A DNA stretch of 59,349 nucleotides, counting the filler. It is 8 parts of 8 records of this genome, joined end to end, with 100 filler letters (N's around TTAATTAATTAA, not from the genome) between each part and the next. Parts side by side here need not be neighbours in the genome. Positions count along the whole stretch, not along the records: positions 42,694 to 47,763 come from SRR31156797_24227; positions 47,864 to 53,874 come from SRR31156797_24228; positions 53,975 to 59,349 come from SRR31156797_24286; 5 more parts are not named here. One strand, given 5' to 3'. Made by a program: the position numbers and the translations under genes. Positions 47,392-57,307 of the stretch are shown here, piece by piece. Each line of letters starts with the position of its first letter. The first letter of the stretch is position 1. The notes beneath the pieces are model-generated. The model was not told the origin of the DNA and searched no databases. It saw nothing but the letters and a program-made list of their open reading frames with translations.

Positions 47392-47763
47392 ATGGCAAAA
47401 AAGAATGCTTTAGGAAGAGGGCTTGGCGCTCTTATAGATAACGCTGATGAAGTTACTAAAGGAAAGCCTTTAGAGGGAATGAACGAAATTGAAGTGAGCA
47501 AAATTGTAGCCAATCCATGGCAACCCCGTTCACGTTTCGATGAAGAGAAGTTAGAAGAGTTAGCTGCCTCAATTAAAGAGATTGGAGTGATTCAACCGCT
47601 TACAGTTCGCAAAAGCGGAAATCAATACCAGTTAATTGCCGGAGAAAGACGTTTTAGAGCTTCAAAAATTGTAGGGCTGGAAAAAGTACCGGCCTACGTT
47701 CGTACTGCTGATGACGAAACCATGCTTGAAATGGCTTTGGTTGAGAATATTCAGCGTGAAGAT
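47392..47763 (+). CDS. parB: ParB/Spo0J, 3'-truncated
   Basis: ALGRGLGALI, NPWQPR, AGERRFRA and ENIQRED motifs. Confidence 0.95.
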
Positions 47764-47863
47764 NNNNNNNNNNNNNNNNNNNNNNNNNNNNNNNNNNNNN
47801 NNNNNNNTTAATTAATTAANNNNNNNNNNNNNNNNNNNNNNNNNNNNNNNNNNNNNNNNNNNN
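47764..47863. other. Artificial contig linker
   Basis: N44-TTAATTAATTAA-N44. Confidence 0.98.
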
Positions 47864-48708
47864 TACGGCCTCCAACGCTCGGCTGTTTCAAGTATTTGTC
47901 TTTTTGACGGCGCCTTTCCATTCCGGGACAAGGCCTTGATAATGCCCAGGTCGGCGGCCGGAAAACAGTCGACCATTCCCAGCCCTCTCATGGCGACGTA
48001 ATTCACCGTCCAGTCCCCGATTCCTTTTAACGCGATAAAGCTCTTATGAAATTCTTCGAAAGTCTGCTGTGTGGTCAATAGGACTCGACGGTCAATTATG
48101 CTTTGGGCGACTGTTTTTATGGTTTCCTGGCGGGACCGGATTATACCGAGTCCGTCCAGTTCCATTTCCACTATATCCGTTGGTTCGGGGAAAAAATATT
48201 CAAGGCCGGAAGGGAAGCCGTGGGTAGATTTTAATCCCGCCTGCCGGGCAATCCTGGCCGCCAAGGTGGTCGCCGCTTTTACTGTTATCTGCTGGCCGAG
48301 AATCGCCCTTACAGTAAACTCAAAAGGGTTAAAAGCCGCGGGCAATCCCGGAACATGCCCTTCGGTCATACCTTTTGATAATATCCTGTCTTTTATGAAT
48401 TTTTTGTTAATCGGCCCAAAGTCGGTATCAAGGTCAAACATTTTTCGGACCCTGTCCCGGATTTCCCCGTGACAATTTTCGTCCTCGCAACCGATCTTCA
48501 GTTCCAGTGAGGATATATCCGGGCAGTCCTTGACCACAAAGAAGCCGCCGGCGCCGCCGGCCTTGAAAGTCCTGGCATAGCTTTCATTGCCGACGACTTC
48601 CACTCCCTTAACAGCCCTTGGCCTCATAAAAGCCAATATTGATTTAAAATCAAACGGCTTTTGATAATTCAAACTGTAATCCGCGACAGGAATGTTCTTT
48701 TTATCCAT
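47864..48708 (-). CDS. alkA: DNA-3-methyladenine glycosylase II (AlkA_N + HhH-GPD), 3'-truncated
   Basis: RAVKGVE, FDLDTD, RAILGQQITVKAA, LKGIGDWT..Y, FPAADLG and WRP motifs. Confidence 0.9.
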
Positions 48709-48752
48709 AATATAAGGCTATTGTCATATTTAGGCCGCTATTGTTCAATTTA

Positions 48753-49541
48753 TCAACCAAAAGAATCCACTTTCATAAAAGCATAGGGAGCAAATTCAAG
48801 CTGGTCAACTTCAGCCACGACGCTGCCCGGCAGCATAGAGTTATCCCCAACCGCGTAAACAGCTCCCAGGGTTCGGACAATTTCAACATCGCCCCAGGGA
48901 TCGTGCTCTGAAGACTGAAAAACCATTTCAGCCTCGCCAATTTCGATTTTGGTTGGATTGGTTTCAATCTCTTCGCGAATCAGACGAGGATTGTAATCGA
49001 ATCCCATCAACTCGGGCGCCGGAAAATACTTGTAATTGAAGACCACCATGTTGTCGGGCGATTCCAAAAGCGCGACAATTAACTCCTGGTATTCCTTGAC
49101 ATTAAAGGATCCGGTCATTTTGGCCTTCATGTCAAGAAAGCGCACCCCGTGCCGTTCAGTCCAGCCGTGAAATTCGTCGCCGGCGCGCTCAAGGGATATC
49201 CGGCCTATCTTCTTGGGGTAACCGAACACCTCCCGGCCGCCGATCATGGCCATGTCGTCCGTTACCGGCATGGCCAGGCAATACAAGCCGTCCTCGCCTT
49301 TAAATTTGGCCTGCAGAAAAAGGGCGCTTTCCAGGTAGCTTACGCCAAAGTTGGTTTTGGGATAATTGGCCGTAAAAGCCATGGCCAGGGGAAGATCGGC
49401 CGGCTCCAAGGGCGGGGGCAGCAAGCGGGCCGCGGTTTCAGGTTTTGTTTCAAAGAAAACCGTCAACATTTCAGCGCCGTAAAACTCGAACCTGTTTTTG
49501 GCGCTTTGCTCCAGTTCCTCCATTGACCTGATAAAACCCAT
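48753..49541 (-). CDS. Acetoacetate decarboxylase-family protein
   Basis: LLPPPLEP, YLESA and GGREVFGYPKK (Schiff-base Lys) motifs; AGGAGG RBS. Confidence 0.85.
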   Translation of the reverse strand: MGFIRSMEELEQSAKNRFEFYGAEMLTVFFETKPETAARLLPPPLEPADLPLAMAFTANYPKTNFGVSYLESALFLQAKFKGEDGLYCLAMPVTDDMAMIGGREVFGYPKKIGRISLERAGDEFHGWTERHGVRFLDMKAKMTGSFNVKEYQELIVALLESPDNMVVFNYKYFPAPELMGFDYNPRLIREEIETNPTKIEIGEAEMVFQSSEHDPWGDVEIVRTLGAVYAVGDNSMLPGSVVAEVDQLEFAPYAFMKVDSFG

Positions 49542-49664
49542 GATTGCCTCCTGATGATTGGAGTATGCATTAGCTTATAATGGAAAACAGTCGCAAACTC
49601 AAGAAATCGATTTGGCGGGGAGATGATAAAAGAGAGCGGAAACAGTCTCGTAACTTTTTCATTT

Positions 49665-49693
49665 TTTACTTGCATAATATATCAATTTAAGAT
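49665..49693 (+). promoter_or_regulatory. Putative sigma70 promoter of the HIRAN gene
   Basis: TTTACT-N17-TAAGAT. Confidence 0.35.
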
Positions 49694-49815
49694 AAAGAGG
49701 TTCCCCTTATGCTTCGGGTAGGGGGCTGTATAACCCGAACAGCCGATTCAAATAACAAAATGCTTTTACATAAGCGATCTTTTCCATCTGATCGCCGGCA
49801 TTAAAGGGGGTTGAA

Positions 49816-50211
49816 ATGGAAATCAGCAGAAGAAGTTTTGTCGGGTTTTTAGGCGCGGTTCCTTTTCTCGGGTTCGCGCCCAAGCTGAATAACGTCTCAG
49901 GCAGGAAAATCATGATGAATCGGTTTTCCATTGCCGGATTCCAATACTATAGCGGGCCTAAAATACTAAGAAAAATCAGAAAGGGCGACCGTTTGAATCT
50001 GGTTGCCGAGCCCAAGAATCCTTACGATGAATTCGCGGTTGAAATTTATTTTGGGAAAACCAAGTTGGGGTACGTGCCCAGAAGCGATAACCGGCACATC
50101 AGCCGTTTGCTTGGCCAGGGCGCGGAAGTTCTCGCCGATGTTGAATACACGAGGCCGGACGGGCCGAGCTGGAAAGCGGTTAAAACCAATGTTTACCTGA
50201 TGCAATCATGA
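49816..50211 (+). CDS. Stand-alone HIRAN-domain protein with twin-arginine-like N-terminus
   Basis: HIRAN motifs IAGFQYY, L.LVAEPKNPYDEFAVEI and KLGYVPR; N-terminal SRRSFV plus a hydrophobic stretch; AAGGGGG RBS. Confidence 0.88.
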   Translation: MEISRRSFVGFLGAVPFLGFAPKLNNVSGRKIMMNRFSIAGFQYYSGPKILRKIRKGDRLNLVAEPKNPYDEFAVEIYFGKTKLGYVPRSDNRHISRLLGQGAEVLADVEYTRPDGPSWKAVKTNVYLMQS

Positions 50212-50271
50212 TTTGCATCGGTATGGAACCGTCTGTTCGCCATTTAATCGGCGGACCGCCAGGCCTATTGT

Positions 50272-50300
50272 AAAGGCGCCCCCTGTGGGCGCCTTTTCTT
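50272..50300 (+). terminator. Intrinsic terminator between the convergent HIRAN and orphan genes
   Basis: AAAGGCGCCC-cctgt-GGGCGCCTTT followed by TCTT. Confidence 0.7.
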
Positions 50301-50314
50301 CCGCTTCCCCGCCG

Positions 50315-53300
50315 TCAATTCCTCGGCCAGTCCGCGAAAGCGCCGGGATTCAAAACCGGAACCGTTCCCATTTCGGGTATGGTCACCTTGGCCCCTCCGC
50401 TCACTTTTAATGATACATCTTCCAGGTCTATTACGCCGTTCGGTCCTCCGCTGAATGTTCCGTTCATGGTCCGGCTTTCAATGGCTCCATGCGCCGAGGC
50501 CCTGTATTTCATGGTCGCCCCCGAATATTGGCCGCCGCCCAATCTTCCCACATTCCAGAACGTAATAAGCACCCTGACCGTAACCATGTCCATCTTGCCC
50601 TTGGGGCCCGGAGTAGGCACTGAAAGTGTTCCGGCGGCCGTGACCTTTTGAGGCGTTACAAATTCAAGAATCTTGTATTGCTGAGCAGTAGAAGGCTCTT
50701 CGATTTGCTCCTCATCTTTTTTAATATCTTTTTCGCCTTCCTCCTCTTCCTTATCTTCATCCTCATCGTCCTGGTCGTCCTTTTTATCATCACCCCATTT
50801 GTCGGCTTCATCCGTCAATTTTTTAATTTTACTTTTTTCCTTCCGCTTTTTCTTCCGGGCCCGGCTTTCGGACGGCTTCTTTTCAACCTTGAGCAAGTTG
50901 TTGGTTGCTTTACCGGCCTTGCCCGCGATCGCGTTATCAAGGGCGCCGTGAACAAGCGAATCTCCGGCCAACTTACCGGCCATCTTTTTAGCTGTTTCCT
51001 TTAGCGAGCCTTTCTTAACCGCTTCTCCCAATGCTTTTTTCGCGCCCTTGGTAAAGTTGCCCGGCGACAGGGCCTTGGCCCCGCCCTCGGCAATCTTTTT
51101 AAATCCGCCAGTGACCGCATTCTTAAGTTTTAACATGGCGTTTTGCTGTTTACTGATTATTTGGGCTATTTTCTTTTTACTTTCCGCCATGGCCTTTGGC
51201 CCTAAAAGTTTGCCGATGCTCTTTTCAAAAGCAATGTCGGAATTGCCCCTGACAATTTGCTTCAAAGCATTTTTAGCCTTACCAGCGACTTTTCCGACCG
51301 CCTTGCCCGCCGATTTGGTCAAAGGCTTGCTCGCGTTGGATGACACCCCGACAAGGGAAGCCGCCACATTTATAACACCTTCTACCCTTTCTCCCGGTGT
51401 TGCGTCGTGAGCCGTGGTCTGGACGACGCCTTTAGCCAGTCCGGTGAAGGTGGACGCGGCCGCGTTGGCCAGCTTCCCGGCGCCCCAACTCAACCAGCCC
51501 TTACCAACAACCTTGGACACGCCCTTGGCCGCCAGATCGTCGGCCCCGTTTTCAAAGGCGGTGAATGAGTTGATGGCCTGGCGCATCGACTTTTTGCCGA
51601 TTTCGCCCCGTTCGTACTCTTCCATGTGTTCTTTTATGGTTTGGCGAACCTGGGCCAGCTCGTCTTTCTTAGATAGCCCCAGGCTCCACGAGTAATATTT
51701 ATCCGCGGCCGCCTTGGTCCCCAGGCTGATTGTATTGGTCGCACGCCCTACGGTATTGCAGACCGCCTTGAACGCTTTGCTGAAAAAGCCCGGTTTCTTT
51801 TTCCTTTTGAGTGCGTCATTGCAGGCTTGGGCATATTTCCCGGCCAGCAAGAGGCCCCTGGAACCTTGGTTTGTTGAAGCTTTCTTTTTGGCCGTCAATA
51901 TCAGTCCACTTAAATCACCGGGCCGGTAAATCGCCGGCGCAATTTGCCCGCCCGGTTTATATGAGGCAGGGACAATTAAAGGATGCACATATTCCGCGGT
52001 TGACCAGGAATTGAAATTTTGATCCGGATATCCAATTCCGGCCAGATCCTGAGCCGTGATAAGACCGGGCCAGGTACTTGAATCGGAATCGAGGATCTTT
52101 TTTGCATTTTTAAGGTCTTTTAACTGTTCCCGATATAAGTAGAGCGTGTCTTTAAAAAGGCTTTTTTCAAGCCGCATTTTTTGGGGAGCATCCCATTCTT
52201 CCACTTGCTTTTCGACCCTGGCTATTTCATTTTCAAGATGATCAATATTCATATCCAGGGACAGCCTGAAGATGTCCTTGATCCCGGTAAGGCCTGTAGC
52301 GGTTGCATATTCTCCGGCCAAAAGCGCACTTTCCGCAGCCAGGGCTTTTATTATTGCTTCTTTTTCCCTGCTGATTTCCCTGGCGAATTTATTGCGCATG
52401 CCATTAGTCAACCCGCCCAATTTCGTGTGATGCGCCGAGGTATAAAAGGAAAAAATTTCCTTCCCTCTCACCGCATGAACTTCCGCAACCTTTGAATACA
52501 TCCCCAGGAGTAAAAGCCTTAAATGGCTGCCCTGCCGAGATTGCAACGCCGATGGGCCCTCGGCCTTTAATTGAGATCTTAATTCTCCAATGCCTTCATG
52601 AAGCGAACTTTCCATCATCATGATTCTGGTTAATAGTTCGAGACGGGCCTCTTCTTCCTTTAATAACTCCAGATTCGGATAATTGTTCTTCAGCTTTTGG
52701 TGCAGATCGAACACGGCCCCGTCAAAAAGTCGGTTGGCCTCTATCAGCCGGTCATAGGCCCTGTCCATTTCCGTAAAATTCTGCTCCAGGGCCTTCAATA
52801 TAGTCGAATGCCATTTTTTCGTTTCCCGGCCTATGGGAATATATTCGGCAATATCGCCCCCATAAAGGATATTGGAAACCTGGATTTCATCGCGAGTCAT
52901 TACGTCGGCAAAAACAGGCGTATAATCAGGCCGGCCGTCGCTGGGCCCCTTGACCGCGCTTAACAGCAACTCGTTGACATATCCGGGTATTTTCTTGCCC
53001 GGCGTAAAAATATTCACATAAAAACGGTAATACCTGTTTTCGTACGGGACCAACACCATGTAAAGCCGGCCGCCGTCATCATCAGGATAAGTAAGAAAGG
53101 CCGGAAGGCTGTACCCGTCCAGACGGATCCGGCCCGCCTTCCAGCCTTTTTTGGTCAGGTCCTTTTTGATAATGGCCAGGAATTTTTTAAACTTGGCCTC
53201 ACTGGCAAACTCGTCCGCCTCATATTCAATTTTGACAATGGTGGACAACTCGCCTTCCTCTTCATACCCCAACATATAGCCGCCCTCTTCCTTTTCGACA

Positions 53301-53479
53301 TCCAAGGGAGCGCGCACCCAGCCCGACGGAACGGTAAAAACAAGCTTTCCAAGTTTGACGGATTTATCGCCCACATCTATGAATTCTTCTTCGGCGCAAT
53401 AATGGTTGAAAGAAAAACCTACCAATAATGTCGCCACAAGCATCGAATACAAAATCAAAGAATTAAAACGGCTGTTCAC
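50315..53479 (-). CDS. Large secreted hypothetical protein (~1,054 aa)
   Basis: Likely GTG start at 53479 after AAAGGAA, followed by a signal peptide. Long uninterrupted ORF; no overall family recognised. Confidence 0.75.
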   Translation of the reverse strand: MNSRFNSLILYSMLVATLLVGFSFNHYCAEEEFIDVGDKSVKLGKLVFTVPSGWVRAPLDVEKEEGGYMLGYEEEGELSTIVKIEYEADEFASEAKFKKFLAIIKKDLTKKGWKAGRIRLDGYSLPAFLTYPDDDGGRLYMVLVPYENRYYRFYVNIFTPGKKIPGYVNELLLSAVKGPSDGRPDYTPVFADVMTRDEIQVSNILYGGDIAEYIPIGRETKKWHSTILKALEQNFTEMDRAYDRLIEANRLFDGAVFDLHQKLKNNYPNLELLKEEEARLELLTRIMMMESSLHEGIGELRSQLKAEGPSALQSRQGSHLRLLLLGMYSKVAEVHAVRGKEIFSFYTSAHHTKLGGLTNGMRNKFAREISREKEAIIKALAAESALLAGEYATATGLTGIKDIFRLSLDMNIDHLENEIARVEKQVEEWDAPQKMRLEKSLFKDTLYLYREQLKDLKNAKKILDSDSSTWPGLITAQDLAGIGYPDQNFNSWSTAEYVHPLIVPASYKPGGQIAPAIYRPGDLSGLILTAKKKASTNQGSRGLLLAGKYAQACNDALKRKKKPGFFSKAFKAVCNTVGRATNTISLGTKAAADKYYSWSLGLSKKDELAQVRQTIKEHMEEYERGEIGKKSMRQAINSFTAFENGADDLAAKGVSKVVGKGWLSWGAGKLANAAASTFTGLAKGVVQTTAHDATPGERVEGVINVAASLVGVSSNASKPLTKSAGKAVGKVAGKAKNALKQIVRGNSDIAFEKSIGKLLGPKAMAESKKKIAQIISKQQNAMLKLKNAVTGGFKKIAEGGAKALSPGNFTKGAKKALGEAVKKGSLKETAKKMAGKLAGDSLVHGALDNAIAGKAGKATNNLLKVEKKPSESRARKKKRKEKSKIKKLTDEADKWGDDKKDDQDDEDEDKEEEEGEKDIKKDEEQIEEPSTAQQYKILEFVTPQKVTAAGTLSVPTPGPKGKMDMVTVRVLITFWNVGRLGGGQYSGATMKYRASAHGAIESRTMNGTFSGGPNGVIDLEDVSLKVSGGAKVTIPEMGTVPVLNPGAFADWPRN

Positions 53480-53758
53480 GGTATATTCCTTTTGAAATAA
53501 TCTAGGGCGGAATGGGCTATCGGCGGGTTTGATTCTGCCGGTAATAATTTGGCCTATCCTCACAGGTATTATAAATCACGAAATTACTTCAAGCCAACTT
53601 TTAAAACAAAACAAGGTTATGAAGATACATCCATGGCGGTCATTATCATCACAAACTTTTTTACGCCGGCACAGGCTTGAAATTTCATATTTAATCAAAC
53701 ATACTGATCCCCGGAACGCCGAAGGCGTGAAAATATAAGATTTTAAAAGGATTAATCC

Positions 53759-53874
53759 ATGAAATATCCCGACTTGTATCGAATTCGACAACTATTTGAT
53801 TCCACTAAAATAGATGATGTCCGGGGAGCGGCAGCCAATGAAATAAGGTCCTGTCCGTTTAACGACAAATTCAA
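53759..53874 (+). CDS. LarA/DUF2088-like protein, 5' fragment
   Basis: AAAGGA RBS. MKYPDLYRIRQLFDSTKIDDV resembles the N-terminus of lactate-racemase-domain proteins from memory. Confidence 0.5.
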
Positions 53875-53974
53875 NNNNNNNNNNNNNNNNNNNNNNNNNN
53901 NNNNNNNNNNNNNNNNNNTTAATTAATTAANNNNNNNNNNNNNNNNNNNNNNNNNNNNNNNNNNNNNNNNNNNN
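53875..53974. other. Artificial contig linker
   Basis: N44-TTAATTAATTAA-N44. Confidence 0.98.
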
Positions 53975-54130
53975 GCTTTAGATTTAGACAATCATTATAT
54001 TTTAGATTTTTATGTGTTATGCAAAGCTCTTTAAATATAATTTATTGTTTTACAAAAAAATAAAAAGGCCATCTTTTCCACAAGTGAAAAAAACAACCAA
54101 AGTACCTCTAAGTACACCCGTTATATTTCT

Positions 54131-54197
54131 CACTCATAGTAACTAATTTAAGGTTAGTCGTAGAAACTTCCGGCCATATTTCGGAATTATACAAGTG
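54131..54197 (-). ncRNA. Purine riboswitch aptamer, guanine type
   Basis: Minus strand reads CACTTG-TATAAT-TCCG-AAATATGG-CCGGAA-GTTTCTAC-GACTAA-CCTTAAA-TTAGTT-ACTA-TGAGTG. All conserved junction and loop motifs are present, with C at the discriminator position. Confidence 0.93.
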
Positions 54198-54233
54198 TAA
54201 CTTTTTTATTTATTTTTAACATCCTAATAAAAC

Positions 54234-54262
54234 AAAATACCATATCAGAAGGAAAAAATCAA
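54234..54262 (-). promoter_or_regulatory. Putative sigma70 promoter of the riboswitch transcript
   Basis: TTGATT-N17-TATTTT with an extended TG. Confidence 0.55.
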
Positions 54263-54628
54263 GTATGTTTAATTAATGCAATCCATTCTATAATTTTAAC
54301 TTCCAAAATAATTTATTAAATATATAGAAACTATTACTAAGCTGCTGACATTGTTTTATAAACTCTTTGGGAAATCATCGCATCTTTATTTTACTTACAA
54401 TTATGCAAATTAATTTTTTATTATAATTATGTTTTGCCCTTATTAAATCTAACTTTATGATTCATTCAAATAATGTATGTTGAACATTAAAACAATATAT
54501 TTGTAAAATTTCTATAATAAATATAAACTTGAGTAATAGGTCTGTTGGAATATTATTTATATTATTAATGTCTTGTATTCGTTTGAATTATAGTAAAGAA
54601 AATTAGGCAATAGTTAGGAAGTGGTAAT

Positions 54629-57193
54629 ATGTATTCATTTATACTTAATAATAACATAATTAGTGTCAAAGAGGACATCAATTTGCTTGAATACTTAAGA
54701 GAGCAGGAGGATTTAACATCAGTAAAAAATGGCTGTGCTGAGGGTGCCTGTGGTACTTGTATGGTTCTTATAGATGGCAAAGCTATGCGTGCATGTACGA
54801 ACTCAATATCTAAAGTACATGGAAAAAATGTAATAACAGTAGAGGGCTTTTCCGAAAGAGAAAAAGATGTTTTTGCATATGCTTTTAGTGAAACAGGAGC
54901 TGTACAGTGTGGTTTTTGTATCCCGGGGATGCTAATTAGTGCAAAGGGCTTAATTGATAAAAACGATAATCCAAACTCCCAGGAAGTCAAGAAAGCTCTT
55001 ATTGGAAATGTCTGTCGATGTACCGGCTATGTCAAAATAGAAGAAGCAATTCTTTTAGCAGCAAAATATTTAAGAGAAAATATAGAAATTGCAATTAAAA
55101 ATGAAAATGGTAATTTAGGTGAGAACTTTCATAGAATAGATGCTATCAAAAAAATACTTGGAACTGCTAAATATGTAGATGATATGAAAATAGAAGGTTT
55201 AATATATGGTACTGCACTTAGGACCAAGTATCCCAGAGCATTGATTAAAAGTATTGATATCACTAAGGCATTAGAACATCCTGAAGTAGAGGCTGTGCTC
55301 ACAGCTGAGGATATCCCCGGTAGCAGATTCATAGGTCACTTGGTTAAGGATTGGCCTGCAATGATTGCTGTTGGAGAGGAAACAAGATATATCGGTGATT
55401 CTGTAGCACTTGTTGCAGCTAAATCTAAGAAAGCATTAAAAGAGATTTTATCACTTATAGAGATTGAATATGAGGAATTAAAACCTGTAACTTCACCGGA
55501 AGAGGGGCTAAAAGATGACGCTCCTAAAATCCATCTAAGCGGTAACTTATTTAGAAAGGAATCTTTAAAAAGAGGAGACGCAGATACTGCTATTAAAAAT
55601 TCTAAATATGTTGTAACTTATAAATACTCAACACCATTTACGGAACATGCCTTTTTAGAACCTGAAAGTGCTGTTGCAATTCCTGATGCTGATGGTGTAT
55701 TACTCTATACATCAGGTCAAAGTGTATATGATGAACAGCATGAGGTGATGGAATTATTAGATTTGCCGGCTGATAAGGTTAGAGTTAAAAGTGCCTATGT
55801 CGGTGGAGGTTTTGGCGGTAAAGAAGATATGAGCGTTCAGCATCATGCTGCTCTTCTAAGTTATAAGACGAAAAAACCAGTTAAAATAACTTTATCCAGA
55901 AATGAAAGTATAGCTATCCATCCTAAAAGACATGCTATGGAGATGGAGTTTACTACTGCGTGTGATGAGAATGGAAAACTAACTGCAATGAAGGGAGTTA
56001 TTTTATCAGATACAGGTGCATACGCCTCATTAGGAGGACCTGTATTACAGAGAGCTTGTACCCATGCAGCGGGTCCCTATAATTATCAAAATGTTGATAT
56101 TGTAGGAACGGCAGTATATACAAATAACCCCCCTGGAGGAGCATTCAGAGGTTTTGGAGTAACACAGTCAGCATTTGCAACTGAATCAAATATTAATAAA
56201 TTAGCTGAACTGGTTGGAATATCTCCATGGGAGATGAGATATATAAATGCAATCGAGCCAGAACAAGAGTTACCAAACGGACAAATAGCAGATGCAGGAA
56301 CTGCGCTCAAAGAAACACTGGAAGCAATAAAAGATGATTATTTCAAACATGAGCAAAATGAAAATGAGTTCGTAGGAATATCATGTGCTATGAAAAATAG
56401 CGGAATAGGAGTTGGCATTCCTGACACAGGAAGATGTCGTTTAAGTATAATTGATGGAAAGGTTCTCCTGAAAACAAGTGCGGCATGTATGGGACAGGGG
56501 CTTGGAACAATAGCTATTCAAATATTATGTGAAACTACCGGAATAGATCCTAAAATTGTCTCATTGGTTCAACCTGATACCGCTGTTACCCCTGATTCGG
56601 GAACTTCTACTGCATCAAGGCAAACACTCATCACAGGAGAGGCTATTAAGCGGGCATCTGAGAAATTAAAAGACGCCTTGGAAACTAATAGTTTAATTGA
56701 CTTAAACGGCGAAGACTTTTTCGCTGAATATACATCTATAACTGATCCTATGGGCTCTGATAAAAAGAACCCGGTTAGTCATACTTCATACGGTTATGCT
56801 ACTCAGATGGCAGTGCTTGATGAAAAAGGAGTCGTAAAAAAAGTAGTCGCAGCTCACGATGTTGGTAAGGCTATTAATCCAAAAAATATAGAAGGGCAAA
56901 TCGAAGGTGGAGTTGTAATGGGACTTGGTTATGCTTTAACTGAGGATTTTCCTCTGGAAAATTCTATTCCTAAAGTTAAATTCGGGACTTTAGGATTATT
57001 CAGATCAATTAAGATTCCTGAAATCAAATCCATAATTATTGAAAAAAATAGTAATGAACTGGCATATGGAGCCAAAGGAGTTGGTGAGATCGTTGTAATC
57101 CCGACTGCTCCGGCTATTCAGGGTGCATATTTTAAATTAGATGCTAATTTCAGAACAAAACTTCCATTGAATGCTACACACTATAAAAAATAA
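54629..57193 (+). CDS. xdh: Selenium-dependent xanthine dehydrogenase (fused 2Fe-2S and molybdopterin domains)
   Basis: GCAEGACGTC, QCGFCIPG, CRCTGY, GGGFGGK, AFRGFG, TASRQT and AKGVGE motifs. The ~850-aa fusion lacks an FAD domain. Confidence 0.88.
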   Translation: MYSFILNNNIISVKEDINLLEYLREQEDLTSVKNGCAEGACGTCMVLIDGKAMRACTNSISKVHGKNVITVEGFSEREKDVFAYAFSETGAVQCGFCIPGMLISAKGLIDKNDNPNSQEVKKALIGNVCRCTGYVKIEEAILLAAKYLRENIEIAIKNENGNLGENFHRIDAIKKILGTAKYVDDMKIEGLIYGTALRTKYPRALIKSIDITKALEHPEVEAVLTAEDIPGSRFIGHLVKDWPAMIAVGEETRYIGDSVALVAAKSKKALKEILSLIEIEYEELKPVTSPEEGLKDDAPKIHLSGNLFRKESLKRGDADTAIKNSKYVVTYKYSTPFTEHAFLEPESAVAIPDADGVLLYTSGQSVYDEQHEVMELLDLPADKVRVKSAYVGGGFGGKEDMSVQHHAALLSYKTKKPVKITLSRNESIAIHPKRHAMEMEFTTACDENGKLTAMKGVILSDTGAYASLGGPVLQRACTHAAGPYNYQNVDIVGTAVYTNNPPGGAFRGFGVTQSAFATESNINKLAELVGISPWEMRYINAIEPEQELPNGQIADAGTALKETLEAIKDDYFKHEQNENEFVGISCAMKNSGIGVGIPDTGRCRLSIIDGKVLLKTSAACMGQGLGTIAIQILCETTGIDPKIVSLVQPDTAVTPDSGTSTASRQTLITGEAIKRASEKLKDALETNSLIDLNGEDFFAEYTSITDPMGSDKKNPVSHTSYGYATQMAVLDEKGVVKKVVAAHDVGKAINPKNIEGQIEGGVVMGLGYALTEDFPLENSIPKVKFGTLGLFRSIKIPEIKSIIIEKNSNELAYGAKGVGEIVVIPTAPAIQGAYFKLDANFRTKLPLNATHYKK

Positions 57194-57218
57194 GATACAA
57201 ATGATTTAATATCAGCAT

Positions 57219-57252
57219 AAAAATAGATGGAATTGACTTCCATCTATTTTTA
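57219..57252. terminator. Bidirectional intrinsic terminator
   Basis: AAAATAGATGGAA-ttgac-TTCCATCTATTTT between convergent genes. Confidence 0.8.
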
Positions 57253-57307
57253 TATTTCTATTCTTTTTGGCAAATACTAGATTTTTATATTACAGGCTCT
57301 CAGTAAT

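Noticed and set aside
7610-53974. Recurrent TTAATTAATTAA flanked by N runs as a biological repeat, and any cross-contig system such as cob genes with metH or two giant adhesins side by side
   Set aside because: These are identical 100-bp synthetic linkers and composition changes abruptly at each. Adjacency across them has no biological meaning.
54629-57193. Selenocysteine recoding in xdh
   Set aside because: No in-frame TGA; this family uses labile selenium rather than Sec.
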